Shown in pieces: positions 8,128 to 18,152 of a stretch of DNA of 64,000 nt; within the stretch, counting starts at the first letter, position 1; each line of letters opens with the position of its first letter. Source of the stretch: an uncultured bacterium (GTDB lineage: Bacteria > Desulfobacterota > Deferrimicrobia > J040). Under the pieces are notes generated by a model. It saw only the letters and a list, made by a program, of their open reading frames with translations. It was not told the origin of the DNA and ran no database searches. The DNA is taken from the NCBI GenBank assembly GCA_964429585.1, contig CAYSCN010000003.1:47795-111794 (forward strand), read 5' to 3'. Position numbers and translations under genes: made by a program.

Positions 8128-9186
8128 CTATCTCCAGCACTTGTTGCAGTATTTACAATTGACCTCAGTGCATATCGAAACGTTCTTGGCCGCGTACGCC
8201 TTTCCGGAATTGGCGTGAGACCTTTTCACGCATCCGTGGGGAAGATGAACGGATGGGATCAAGACGAGAAGCCCTATGAGTGCGAGCGAAGACGCGAGTG
8301 TCAGGATCTGTCCTTTGAAAGAGGCAGCTTTTTTTTCAGAGCTCGGGTTCCTGTCTTCTTCCAGGAGGGCCCGAACTCTTCTGCTTACTTCTTTGCTGGA
8401 AAAGTACGCGGATTGAGGAGCTTCTCCGCTGCTGTTCAGGCGGGCTGTCTTTACGATGGATTCTGCCAGAACCAGGGGATCGGCCCCCATTTTGACCGCG
8501 TACTGGTCGGCGGCCAGTTCCGTCATCAGCCTGAATCGTTCGAAGAGTTCATTTCTTCTGGGGATGAAGATCAGAGGTCTCAGTATGCTCCAGAGAAACA
8601 GTTTCTTGAGAGGGTGTCTGTATTTGACGTGTCCCGCTTCGTGGAGGATGACTGTCTCGAGTTCCTCTTCTGATAGAGAACTGGCAAGAGCTTCCGATAC
8701 GTAAATTTTCCCTTCTATAAGCCCGGTGGAGAATGCGAAGACTTTGTTTGAGGGAACCAGAATGACGGAGTGTCCCGAGATCCTTTTTTCCTGCCCCCTT
8801 GCCACGATCACGGGGGTTTCCTTCTCTACTTTGCAGATCGAATGCACACCTGAGAAAAAGTTCTTCAAGAATCCGACTATTCCATATGGAATCAGGAAGA
8901 GAATGAACAGGCTTATGGCAGCTTTGGTGATGTTTCCCAGAGAGGAAATTAGCGTCTGCGCCGCGTGGCAAAGGTGGATAGCGATCTTGGAAGACAGTAT
9001 CGCCGCGACTATCCCGTCCCACCTGGAATAGAGAATAGATGCCAGAAAAGAAAATGAGAGAGCCAGCGTAAGGACAGTTGTGAGGAAGAGTTTTCGACTC
9101 TCTCTCTCGTAGTCAGTCTTCCGATTTCCCCTTCTTTTGCTCAATGAGTTTCTCCAGCAGCTCCAGATCTTCCGGATCCTCAGCAA
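8128..9186 (-). CDS. M56-family (BlaR1/MecR1-like) membrane zinc metallopeptidase lacking a penicillin-binding sensor domain, with a Cys/His-rich C-terminal tail
   Basis: HEXXH zinc motif ILHEAGHVKYRH, flanking TM helices and the downstream ELAADQYAV region match the M56 protease domain. After a final TM helix (ILTLASSLALIGLLVLIPSV) the protein ends in HLPHGCVKRSHANSGKAYAAKNVSICTEVNCKYCNKCWR. The true start is uncertain because the longest ORF overlaps the upstream repressor gene by about 70 nt. Confidence 0.8.
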   Translation of the reverse strand: MLRIRKIWSCWRNSLSKRRGNRKTDYERESRKLFLTTVLTLALSFSFLASILYSRWDGIVAAILSSKIAIHLCHAAQTLISSLGNITKAAISLFILFLIPYGIVGFLKNFFSGVHSICKVEKETPVIVARGQEKRISGHSVILVPSNKVFAFSTGLIEGKIYVSEALASSLSEEELETVILHEAGHVKYRHPLKKLFLWSILRPLIFIPRRNELFERFRLMTELAADQYAVKMGADPLVLAESIVKTARLNSSGEAPQSAYFSSKEVSRRVRALLEEDRNPSSEKKAASFKGQILTLASSLALIGLLVLIPSVHLPHGCVKRSHANSGKAYAAKNVSICTEVNCKYCNKCWR

Positions 9187-9547
9187 CCTTTTCGATGAAG
9201 GCGGCTATCGCTGTTTTACCGTCCAGTTCTAGAAGTCCCTCTACCACTTTCTGCGACACGACGCGTTTGTACTCTTCTTCGGTCAGAGTGGGAGCATACC
9301 TGTAAATTTTACCCTCTTTTTCTTTAGTAAGAAGATTTTTTTCCACGAGTCGATTCATGACCGTGATGACAGTGGTGTAGGCGATCTCCTTTTCCCTCGA
9401 GAGCTCCTCGTGAACTCTCTTGACGGTTGCAGAGCCCATCCTCCACAGGACATCCATGATTTCCTGTTCCAGGTCTCCGAAAGTTTGCCCGATTCCCTTT
9501 CTACCAGGACGAAAGATGAATTTGATTTTTTCTCTCAATGATGGCAT
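9113..9547 (-). CDS. BlaI/MecI/CopY-family (penicillinase-repressor type) winged-helix transcriptional repressor
   Basis: The protein starts MPSLREK… at ATG 9547 after RBS GGAGG. Its N-terminal region (EQEIMDVLWRMGSATVKRVHEEL…YTTVITVMNRLVEKNLL) matches the Penicillinase_R DNA-binding fold. It has a C-terminal dimerisation helix and no CopY-type CxC…CxC metal site. It lies immediately upstream of the M56 peptidase gene. Confidence 0.85.
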   Translation of the reverse strand: MPSLREKIKFIFRPGRKGIGQTFGDLEQEIMDVLWRMGSATVKRVHEELSREKEIAYTTVITVMNRLVEKNLLTKEKEGKIYRYAPTLTEEEYKRVVSQKVVEGLLELDGKTAIAAFIEKVAEDPEDLELLEKLIEQKKGKSED

Positions 9548-9645
9548 GGTCAATTTTCCTCCTTGAGTTTGATTCATATTATATTTTACCTGTCGTAGAA
9601 ACACAACTTAAAATCAGGAGTTTTCGGCTTGGGGCACAATTAACT

Positions 9646-9675
9646 TTGACAGTCCGTAGAAAACGAGTGTAGAAT
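9646..9675 (+). promoter_or_regulatory. Candidate sigma70-type promoter (TTGACA-18 nt-TAGAAT) for the Met-rich protein gene, with GTAGAA repeat elements
   Basis: TTGACA at 9646-9651 and TAGAAT at 9670-9675, about 30 nt upstream of RBS AAGGAGGA/ATG 9707. Hexamer GTAGAA occurs at 9595-9600, 9656-9661 and 9669-9674 in the divergent intergenic region. The two promoter-proximal copies could form the repressor operator (speculative). Confidence 0.35.
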
Positions 9676-9706
9676 TTAACCAGAAATCACTCAAGGAGGA
9701 GCAACT

Positions 9707-10255
9707 ATGGAAGGAAAGAAGATAGCTGGTGTGTTTACGGTTTTTGTGGTGGCGCTTGCAATGGTATTTTCCTTTGGAATCTCCAATGCCATGATGGGAG
9801 GCCATTCTGGAAAGGGTATGATGGGTTCTGGAGGAAGCGGCAACCAGGGGATGATGGGAAAAAGCGGCGGCAAGATGATGGGAAAAAGTGGTAAGGGTCA
9901 CGGCGGAATGATGGGCGGCATGAAGGTCTTCGAGAGGGAAGCTTTCGGGATGAAGCTCGAAGGAAACATAGTGGATGTGAGAGCGCAGATGAAGAAACTG
10001 GGCAGGAACGCTCCAAGTGGAATAACTCACCACATCATGATCACTCCTTCCAGGCCATTCCCCAAGGGGACGAAGGCGACTCTCATCGTGAAGTCCCCAA
10101 GTGGCGAGAAGAAAGAGGTGGGACTCATGGCAATGGGCAATCACATGGGAGCCGATCTCTACCTCCCGGACCCGGGGAAATACGTATTCGATTGTCAGAT
10201 AACCTCGGGCGGTGAAAGCACGGAGTTTCAGTTCAGCTACCAGGTCGAGAAGTAA
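9707..10255 (+). CDS. Secreted Met/Gly-rich repeat protein with a C-terminal beta-rich His/Met-containing domain (putative periplasmic metal-binding, possibly copper)
   Basis: RBS AAGGAGGA. Signal peptide MEGKKIAGVFTVFVVALAMVFSFGISNA. Five MMG repeats follow (MMGGHSGKG MMGSGGSGNQG MMGKSGGK MMGKSGKGHGG MMGGM). Then a ~100-aa domain with HHIM and MAMGNHMG motifs. It is divergent from the repressor/M56 operon. Confidence 0.6.
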   Translation: MEGKKIAGVFTVFVVALAMVFSFGISNAMMGGHSGKGMMGSGGSGNQGMMGKSGGKMMGKSGKGHGGMMGGMKVFEREAFGMKLEGNIVDVRAQMKKLGRNAPSGITHHIMITPSRPFPKGTKATLIVKSPSGEKKEVGLMAMGNHMGADLYLPDPGKYVFDCQITSGGESTEFQFSYQVEK

Positions 10256-10282
10256 ACCGTCCCGTCTGATCGAAGGTGATGA

Positions 10283-10303
10283 CCGGGGGAATCTTTCCCC
10301 CGG
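10283..10303 (+). terminator. Possible stem-loop (9-bp GC-rich stem) downstream of the Met-rich protein gene
   Basis: CCGGGGGAA tct TTCCCCCGG lies directly after the stop codon. The U-tract is poor (cccttcatcctttattt), so this is a weak intrinsic-terminator call. Confidence 0.3.
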
Positions 10304-10391
10304 CCCTTCATCCTTTATTTATCCTTGAAATTTCGGGAAATTCGCTATAATTTAAGCTGACACGGGTTTCGAAAACGCCGGAGGGCGTTCT

Positions 10392-11273
10392 TTGCGCAGG
10401 AAAGTTACATTTTTCGTCATATCCGGGGATGAGGGACGGGTCAGGAAGATAACCGTCTCTCTTTTTCTGATAAGGTTTCTGGTGTTTTCCTTCATAGTTT
10501 TTTTCTCTGCTGTCTGCTTCATGATATACGATTACAGGGGAGCGGTTCGGCAGAAGATAGAACTGATGAAATTGAGGGAGATCGCCTCGAAACAGAAGCT
10601 CATGCTTTCGTTCTTCGAGGACAAGTTTCGTCGTGTGGAGTCTGAGGTCTCCAGGCTGAGGGTTATAGACAGCAGGATTAAAAAACTCATACGCATTCAG
10701 GAGCCCCGTAAGAGATCTCAGAAAGCCTACATTGGTGGTAAGGAATACGAGGATGGAGAGCTTTTCCTCACGGAAAACAGGCTTGTCAGGTTGAGGATCG
10801 AGGAGCTGGAAAAGGGCATCCTCGTGGACCTCACCAAGCTGGAAGGAATAAAGGATATGCTCGAGACGAGACTCGAGGTTCTGGAGTCGATGCCCACGAG
10901 GTGGCCCGTGAGAGGGGTGATCTCGTCGGGGTTTGGTGCGAGAATTTCCCCGTTTACCAGGAGGACCGTTTTTCACAGGGGGCTCGACATTCAGGCGCCG
11001 ATGGGAGCTGAGGTCAGAGCTGCGGGATCCGGAAGGGTAGTTAGGAGCAGTTTCGATCCAACTTACGGAAACATAGTGGTGATCGATCACGGGAGCGGCT
11101 ACAGAACGATCTACGCGCACATGTCGGAGAACCTCGTCAAACTTGGAGATTACGTGGAGAGAGGACAGGTCATAGGAAGAGTCGGAACGACCGGGAGGAG
11201 CACAGGCCCTCACCTCCACTTCGAAATTCGCGTCAATGGAGTCCCCACGAATCCCATACGATATCTTGGATAA
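10392..11273 (+). CDS. M23-family (LytM-type) peptidoglycan endopeptidase with N-terminal membrane anchor and coiled-coil
   Basis: C-terminal M23 domain with HxxxD (FHRGLDI) and HxH (GPHLHFEIR) zinc ligands, plus GYRTIYAHM. There is an N-terminal TM helix and a long coiled-coil (EnvC/NlpD-like architecture). It lies upstream of secA. Confidence 0.85.
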   Translation: MRRKVTFFVISGDEGRVRKITVSLFLIRFLVFSFIVFFSAVCFMIYDYRGAVRQKIELMKLREIASKQKLMLSFFEDKFRRVESEVSRLRVIDSRIKKLIRIQEPRKRSQKAYIGGKEYEDGELFLTENRLVRLRIEELEKGILVDLTKLEGIKDMLETRLEVLESMPTRWPVRGVISSGFGARISPFTRRTVFHRGLDIQAPMGAEVRAAGSGRVVRSSFDPTYGNIVVIDHGSGYRTIYAHMSENLVKLGDYVERGQVIGRVGTTGRSTGPHLHFEIRVNGVPTNPIRYLG

Positions 11274-11366
11274 TTCAGCCACCTATGCAGTAGAATGGAA
11301 TAGTGGTTCTCCTCGTGTTCTGGCGGATGTGAGGGGGACGAGATTTCATCGGTTCAGGAGCGAAGT

Positions 11367-13892
11367 ATGTTGAAGTGGATCGTAAAAAAGGTCATAGGCA
11401 CGAAGAACGAGAGGGAGCTCAAACGGCTGGCGCCCGTCGTGGAGAGGATAAACAGCTTCGAGGAGGAGATGAAAAAGCTTCCCGACCATCGCCTCGCGGC
11501 GTACACGGGAGAGTTCAAGGAGAGGATCGAGAAAGGAGAATCCCTCGACGATTTGCTTCCGGAAGCGTTCGCGGTGGTCAGGGAGGTATCCAGGCGTGTC
11601 CTCGGGATGAGGCATTTCGACGTGCAGCTGATAGGTGGAATCGTCCTCCACGAAGGGAAGATAGCCGAAATGAAGACCGGTGAAGGTAAGACGCTGGTTG
11701 CCACACTTCCCGTTTACCTCAATGCCCTCACCGGAAGAGGGGTTCACGTTGTCACGGTCAACGACTACCTGGCGAAGCGTGACGCGGAGTGGATGGGACC
11801 GATATACAGGTTTCTGGGACTGGAAGTGGGCGTGATCGTTCACGGGATGGATGACGAAGAGAGGAAGAAAGCATACGCGGCGGACGTGACTTACGGCACG
11901 AACAACGAATTCGGGTTCGATTATTTGAGGGACAACATGAAGTATTCCCTCGATGACATGGTTCAGAGAGAGCTTCACTACGCCATCGTGGACGAGGTGG
12001 ACTCCATCCTGATAGACGAGGCAAGGACTCCTCTCATCATATCTGGTCCTTCCGAGGAATCCACCGACAAGTATTACAGAGCGAATGCCGTGATCGTCCA
12101 CCTGAAGAAAGAAAGGGATTACACGATAGACGAGAAAGCGAGAACGGTGGTTCTCACTGAAGAGGGCGTGGCGCGGGTTGAAAGACTGCTCGGAGTCGAC
12201 AACCTGTACGACCCGAAGAACATGGATCTTCTGCACGCCGTCAATCAGGCGCTCAAGGCGCACACTCTCTTCAAGAAGGACGTGGATTACGTGGTCAAAG
12301 ACGGAGAGGTGATAATCGTCGACGAGTTCACGGGAAGGCTGATGCCAGGCCGCAGATACAGCGACGGTCTCCATCAGGCGCTGGAGGCGAAAGAGGGAGT
12401 GAAGATAGAGAGTGAAAATCAGACACTCGCTTCCATCACCTTCCAGAACTACTTCAGAATGTATGAGAAGCTCGCCGGCATGACGGGAACCGCCGATACC
12501 GAGGCGGTGGAGTTCAAGGAAATCTACAACCTCGACGTGGTCGTGGTACCCACCAACAAACCGATGATTCGAATAGATTACCCCGATGTGGTCTACAGGA
12601 CCGAGAGGGAAAAATTCCGTGCCGTTGTGGAAGAGATAAAGGAGCTTCACAGGATCGGCAGACCGGTGCTGGTTGGAACCATATCCATAGAGAAATCGGA
12701 ACAGCTGAGCAAGATGCTCAAAAGAGAGGGTATCCCGCACAACGTTCTCAACGCCAAGCATCACGAGAAAGAAGCGCAGATAATCGCCGAAGCGGGTCAG
12801 AAGGGGAAGGTCACGATTGCGACCAACATGGCGGGAAGAGGTGTTGACATAGTGCTTGGTGAAGGGGTCAAGGAACTGGGCGGGTTGCACATCATAGGAA
12901 CGGAGAGGCACGAGAGCAGGAGGATAGACAATCAGTTGAGAGGAAGGGCAGGGAGGCAGGGAGACCCGGGCTCCAGCAGGTTCTTCCTTTCCCTCGAGGA
13001 CGACCTGCTCCGTATATTCGGTGCCGAAAAAGTTTCTTCGCTCATGGAGAAACTGGGCATGGAAGAGGGGCAGCCCATAGAGCACAAGATGGTATCCAGG
13101 GCGATAGAAAACGCCCAGAGCAAGGTCGAGGCTCACAATTTCGAAATCAGGAAGCACCTGCTCGAGTACGACGACGTGATGAACAAACAAAGAACCGTCA
13201 TCTACGACCTCAGGAAAGAGATAATGGGTAGCGAAAACCTTAAAGAGACGGTTCTCGACATGGCTTATGAAGTTGTGGATGAGCTCGTGGAAACGTATAC
13301 GGACGAGAAGCTCTACCCGGAACAGTGGGACCTCAAGGGGCTGTCCGAATATTACCGGATGTTGTTTGGAGTTTCCCCGGAAGTCACCGAAGAACAGATA
13401 ACCGAGATGACGAGGGAAGAGCTCAGAGAGAAGCTCTTCGAGCAGGCGGTGAAGGTTTACGAGGAAAGGGAAGCTACGTTCGGTGAAGAGATAATCAGAT
13501 ACCTGGAGAGGGTGCTTGTCCTCTCGACCATCGATGCGCTCTGGAAGGATCATCTCCTCGCGATGGATCACCTGAAAGAGGGGATAGGGCTGCGCGGTTA
13601 CGGTCAGATGGATCCGTTGAAGGAGTATCAGAGAGAAGGGTTCGAGATGTTCCAGAACCTCGTATACAGGATAAAGGAGGAGAGCCTCAAGAAACTTTAC
13701 AACGTGAGGATTCAAACGGAAGAGGACGTTTCCTCCATATCCCTTTCCGGTCCCAGGAGGATGGTGATGAACAGGGGCGAGGCGGGGGCGGCTGCCAGGA
13801 CCGTGAAACGGAAGGGTAAGAAGGTCGGGCGGAACGACCCGTGTCCTTGCGGAAGCGGCAGAAAATACAAGAAATGCTGCGGAGCGAATTGA
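11367..13892 (+). CDS. secA: Preprotein translocase ATPase SecA
   Basis: 841 aa. Walker A KTGEGKT, DEAD-like DEVD, and characteristic SecA blocks ([10 protein letters not shown]…, GRQGDPGSS). C-terminal zinc-binding motif [14 protein letters not shown]. Confidence 0.97.
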   Translation: MLKWIVKKVIGTKNERELKRLAPVVERINSFEEEMKKLPDHRLAAYTGEFKERIEKGESLDDLLPEAFAVVREVSRRVLGMRHFDVQLIGGIVLHEGKIAEMKTGEGKTLVATLPVYLNALTGRGVHVVTVNDYLAKRDAEWMGPIYRFLGLEVGVIVHGMDDEERKKAYAADVTYGTNNEFGFDYLRDNMKYSLDDMVQRELHYAIVDEVDSILIDEARTPLIISGPSEESTDKYYRANAVIVHLKKERDYTIDEKARTVVLTEEGVARVERLLGVDNLYDPKNMDLLHAVNQALKAHTLFKKDVDYVVKDGEVIIVDEFTGRLMPGRRYSDGLHQALEAKEGVKIESENQTLASITFQNYFRMYEKLAGMTGTADTEAVEFKEIYNLDVVVVPTNKPMIRIDYPDVVYRTEREKFRAVVEEIKELHRIGRPVLVGTISIEKSEQLSKMLKREGIPHNVLNAKHHEKEAQIIAEAGQKGKVTIATNMAGRGVDIVLGEGVKELGGLHIIGTERHESRRIDNQLRGRAGRQGDPGSSRFFLSLEDDLLRIFGAEKVSSLMEKLGMEEGQPIEHKMVSRAIENAQSKVEAHNFEIRKHLLEYDDVMNKQRTVIYDLRKEIMGSENLKETVLDMAYEVVDELVETYTDEKLYPEQWDLKGLSEYYRMLFGVSPEVTEEQITEMTREELREKLFEQAVKVYEEREATFGEEIIRYLERVLVLSTIDALWKDHLLAMDHLKEGIGLRGYGQMDPLKEYQREGFEMFQNLVYRIKEESLKKLYNVRIQTEEDVSSISLSGPRRMVMNRGEAGAAARTVKRKGKKVGRNDPCPCGSGRKYKKCCGAN

Positions 13893-13893
13893 T

Positions 13894-15082
13894 GATGGGA
13901 GGTACGCTTTATGTCCCCGGTTTCAAAGCGTCGGCCGCATCTGCCGGGATAAAGGGGAAGGGGAAGAAAGATCTGGCTCTTTTCGTGTCGGATTTACCTG
14001 CGACATCAGCCGTCGTGTTCACCAGGAACCGGGTTCAGGCTGCACCGATACTATGGGCGAGGGAAAATTGCAGGCTGTCAAGGGTCCGGGCGATTCTGGT
14101 CAACGCCGGGAATGCAAACGCCTGTACGGGTTTGGAAGGACAAAGGGCGGTTGGCGAGGTCGTCGATTTGTTGAGCTCTTTCACGGGAATCAAAAGAGAA
14201 GAGATCCTTCCGTGTTCCACAGGTGTGATAGGGGTTCCGTTCCCCGTCGGGAAGGTGCTCAAGGTGATGGGGTCACTGGTCGAAGGACTTTCCCCCGTTG
14301 GATTTCGGGATGCAGCGGAAGCCATCATGACGACGGATTCCTTTCCCAAGGCGGTAAGAAAGACGTTCGTATCAGGTGGGAAGCGCTACGTTTTGCTGGG
14401 TCTTGCCAAGGGGGCAGGGATGATAGCTCCAAACATGGGGACTATGCTTTCATATGTGTTCACAGACGTGAAAGTGAGCGCCCTGGACCTGAGGTCGATT
14501 CTAAAAAAGTGCGTCGACGGAACCTTCAACAGGATAATAGTGGATGGCGACACCAGCACGAACGATACCGTTGCCATAATGGCGAACGGCTTCGCTTCGG
14601 ACGCATACCTGGATGATGATGGGCTGGAAGTATTCCAGGAAACCCTGTTCTCACTCATGGAGAAGCTGGCGTTGAAAATCGTCTCGGATGGAGAGGGAGC
14701 GACCAGGGTTGTGAAGGTGACCGTTTGCGGGGCCGATTCGGATAGAGCGGCGGAAAAGATAGCGAGAACGATAGGGACGTCCCTTCTAGTCAAAACCGCT
14801 ATTTTCGGGGCGGATTTCAACTGGGGGAGAGTGGTTGCAGCAGCGGGCAGGGCAGGAGTGGACGTGGACCCGGAGGAACTCGTGGTATATTACGATGGAG
14901 TGAGGGTCTTCGGGCCGGGATTGGTTCCTGATACGGAGGGGGCGAAGCGGGGTAGACGTGTCGTGAGAAACAGGTTTTACGAGATAACCGTGAAAGTTGG
15001 AATGGGGTCGGGAGAGTATTACGTCTTCACCTCGGATCTGACCCACGACTACGTTACCCTGAACAGCGAATACACCACGTGA
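13894..15082 (+). CDS. argJ: Bifunctional glutamate N-acetyltransferase / amino-acid acetyltransferase ArgJ
   Basis: ATG 13894 follows the secA stop. ArgJ N-terminal GFKASAASAGIKGKGKKDLALFVSD, self-cleavage site region ATMLSYVFTD (Thr nucleophile), C-terminal …VTLNSEYTT. Confidence 0.9.
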
Positions 15083-15093
15083 ATCGTTTTCAC

Positions 15094-15122
15094 TTGATTT
15101 TTCACCCAGAAAGGGTTTTAAT
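15094..15122 (+). promoter_or_regulatory. Candidate promoter (TTGATT-17 nt-TTTAAT) ahead of a ~140-nt GC-rich leader of rpsB-tsf
   Basis: Identified by eye in the 183-nt intergenic region. The leader is GC-rich with several short inverted repeats. Confidence 0.25.
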
Positions 15123-15265
15123 TATAAAGTTTATTTTATCCGGGGATTTTCCCGGAGGTGGGTAAATTACACACGGTCCTGACGGGACGCGCCCGGTGGT
15201 CTCTTCGGAGGCTGGCTCGTTCCGGATGAAGGAGCCGGAGGAATAACCGAAAGGAGGAACCTGCC

Positions 15266-16114
15266 ATGGAGCAAAAAGCTCAACCCAGAATCACCATGAA
15301 GCAACTGCTCGAAGCGGGAGTTCACTTCGGTCACCAGACGAGGAAGTGGAACCCAAAGATGAAACCCTACATCTTCACTGCGAGAAACGGCATCTACATC
15401 ATCGATCTTCAGCAGACGGTAAAGATGTTCAACGAAGCGTATGATTACGTGCGGGACCTTGTCGCTCAGGGGAAGACGCTTCTTTTCGTCGGCACGAAGA
15501 AACAGGCTCAGGAATCTGTGCGTGAAGAAGCGGAGAGGTGTGGCATGCCCTACGTCAACCAGAGATGGCTCGGCGGCATGCTCACCAATTTTCAGACGAT
15601 CAGGAAGAGCGTCGAAATGATAGATCGTCTCGATGAGATGGAGAAGGACGGGACCTTCGACAAGCTTACCAAGAAGGAGGTCATAAAGCTCAAGAAAAAG
15701 AGGGAGAAACTCCTGAAGGTTCTGGGCGGTGTAAGGGACATGAAGCGCCTGCCCGATGCAGTATTTATCGTCGACCCTTCGAGAGAGGAGATAGCGGTAA
15801 GAGAAGCCAGGAAACTCGAGATCCCCGTGATTGCCATAGTTGATACAAACTGCGACCCGGATTTGATAGACATAATCATTCCGGGTAATGACGACGCAAT
15901 CAGGGCGATAAAGCTGTTCGTCAGCAGGATTGCCGATGCCGTCATCGAGGGGAAGGCCGAATATGAGTCTAAGATGGCTGCTGCTTCTGAGGAAACTGCG
16001 GAGGAAGAAGTCAAATTTGCGCTGATCGAGCCCGAGGAAGAGGAAACAGAGGGCGAGGTTGAGGTCGAGGAAGAATCCGGCGAGTCTGCAGAGACGACTG
16101 CCGAGACTGAGTGA
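15266..16114 (+). CDS. rpsB: 30S ribosomal protein S2
   Basis: [27 protein letters not shown]… is the canonical S2 N-terminus. There is an acidic C-terminal tail. Confidence 0.97.
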   Translation: MEQKAQPRITMKQLLEAGVHFGHQTRKWNPKMKPYIFTARNGIYIIDLQQTVKMFNEAYDYVRDLVAQGKTLLFVGTKKQAQESVREEAERCGMPYVNQRWLGGMLTNFQTIRKSVEMIDRLDEMEKDGTFDKLTKKEVIKLKKKREKLLKVLGGVRDMKRLPDAVFIVDPSREEIAVREARKLEIPVIAIVDTNCDPDLIDIIIPGNDDAIRAIKLFVSRIADAVIEGKAEYESKMAAASEETAEEEVKFALIEPEEEETEGEVEVEEESGESAETTAETE

Positions 16115-16146
16115 AGAGAAGACAAAATCTAAGGGAGGTTTTCGAT

Positions 16147-16755
16147 ATGTCTGTTACACCTGCGTTGATAAAAGAGCTCCGTCAGAAGACCGGTGCCGGC
16201 GTCATGGACTGCAAGGAAGCACTGGTTGAGTGTGGTGGAGACATGGAAAAGGCGGTCGAATATCTGAGGAAGAAGGGACTGGCAACTGCCGCCAAGAAGG
16301 CTTCCAGGGCCGCATCCGAGGGGCTCGTAGCTTCTTATATTCACGCCGGAGGTAAGATAGGTGTTCTCGTCGAGGTGAATTGCGAAACGGATTTCGTTGC
16401 CAAAACCGACGAGTTTCAGGCACTCGTCAAGGATATATGCATGCAGATAGCGGCATCCAGCCCCCAGTACGTGAGCCGTGAGGACGTTCCCGAGGAAGTC
16501 GTGGAGAAGGAGAAGGAGATATACAGAGAGCAGGCACTCGAGTCCGGCAAGCCGGAAAAGGTCGTGGACAGGATAGTCGAGGGCAAGATATCCAAATTCT
16601 TCGAAGAGGTTTGCCTGCTCGAGCAGGATTTCATAAAAGACCCCGACAAGAAAGTTAAGGATGTGGTTACCGAAGCCATCGCGAAGCTGGGAGAGAACAT
16701 TGTAGTCAGGCGTTTTGCGCGCTTTGCCCTGGGGGAGGGAAGCGAGAAGAAATGA
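16147..16755 (+). CDS. tsf: Elongation factor Ts (short form)
   Basis: ATG 16147 with [37 protein letters not shown] is the EF-Ts UBA-like N-terminus. It is immediately downstream of rpsB. Confidence 0.93.
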   Translation: MSVTPALIKELRQKTGAGVMDCKEALVECGGDMEKAVEYLRKKGLATAAKKASRAASEGLVASYIHAGGKIGVLVEVNCETDFVAKTDEFQALVKDICMQIAASSPQYVSREDVPEEVVEKEKEIYREQALESGKPEKVVDRIVEGKISKFFEEVCLLEQDFIKDPDKKVKDVVTEAIAKLGENIVVRRFARFALGEGSEKK

Positions 16756-16768
16756 ATGATCCCGCTGA

Positions 16769-18080
<1,312 letters not shown>

Positions 18081-18105
18081 GGTGCTTCGTCACCACCTGA
18101 AGCGG

Positions 18106-18137
18106 CAGGGCTTTCCCGTGGAGAGCCCTGTTTTTAT
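18106..18137 (+). terminator. Rho-independent terminator downstream of frr
   Basis: 11-bp stem CAGGGCTTTCC / GGAGAGCCCTG (one G-U) with a 3-nt loop, followed by TTTTTAT. Confidence 0.6.
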
Positions 18138-18152
18138 CTGGAGGCGATCCAT

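Noticed and set aside
8116-8673. 185-aa plus-strand ORF
   Set aside because: It is antisense to the M56 peptidase gene, which has an HEXXH motif and TM helices. No independent support.
9830-9910. Nucleotide-level tandem repeat (atgatggg… units) that might be taken for a minisatellite or CRISPR-like repeat
   Set aside because: It is in frame within a signal-peptide-bearing ORF and encodes the MMG Met-rich repeats. The units are short (24-33 nt), imperfect and have no spacers or cas genes.
11346-13715. 789-aa ORF on the minus strand, antisense to secA. Similar long antisense ORFs occur at 29169-30929 opposite leuC/leuD, 55217-56332 opposite lptF, 1007-1993 opposite oppC, 57307-58299 opposite ribF, 49704-50837 opposite ptsI, and elsewhere.
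   Set aside because: Each lies entirely within a strongly supported sense-strand gene with clear motifs. Their translations are low-complexity (Arg/His/Pro/Leu-rich) with no recognisable domains. Long antisense ORFs are expected in GC-biased coding DNA with few AT-rich stop codons.
16020-16114. GAG/GAA-rich low-complexity DNA
   Set aside because: It encodes the acidic C-terminal tail of ribosomal protein S2 ([17 protein letters not shown]…). It is not a repeat element.
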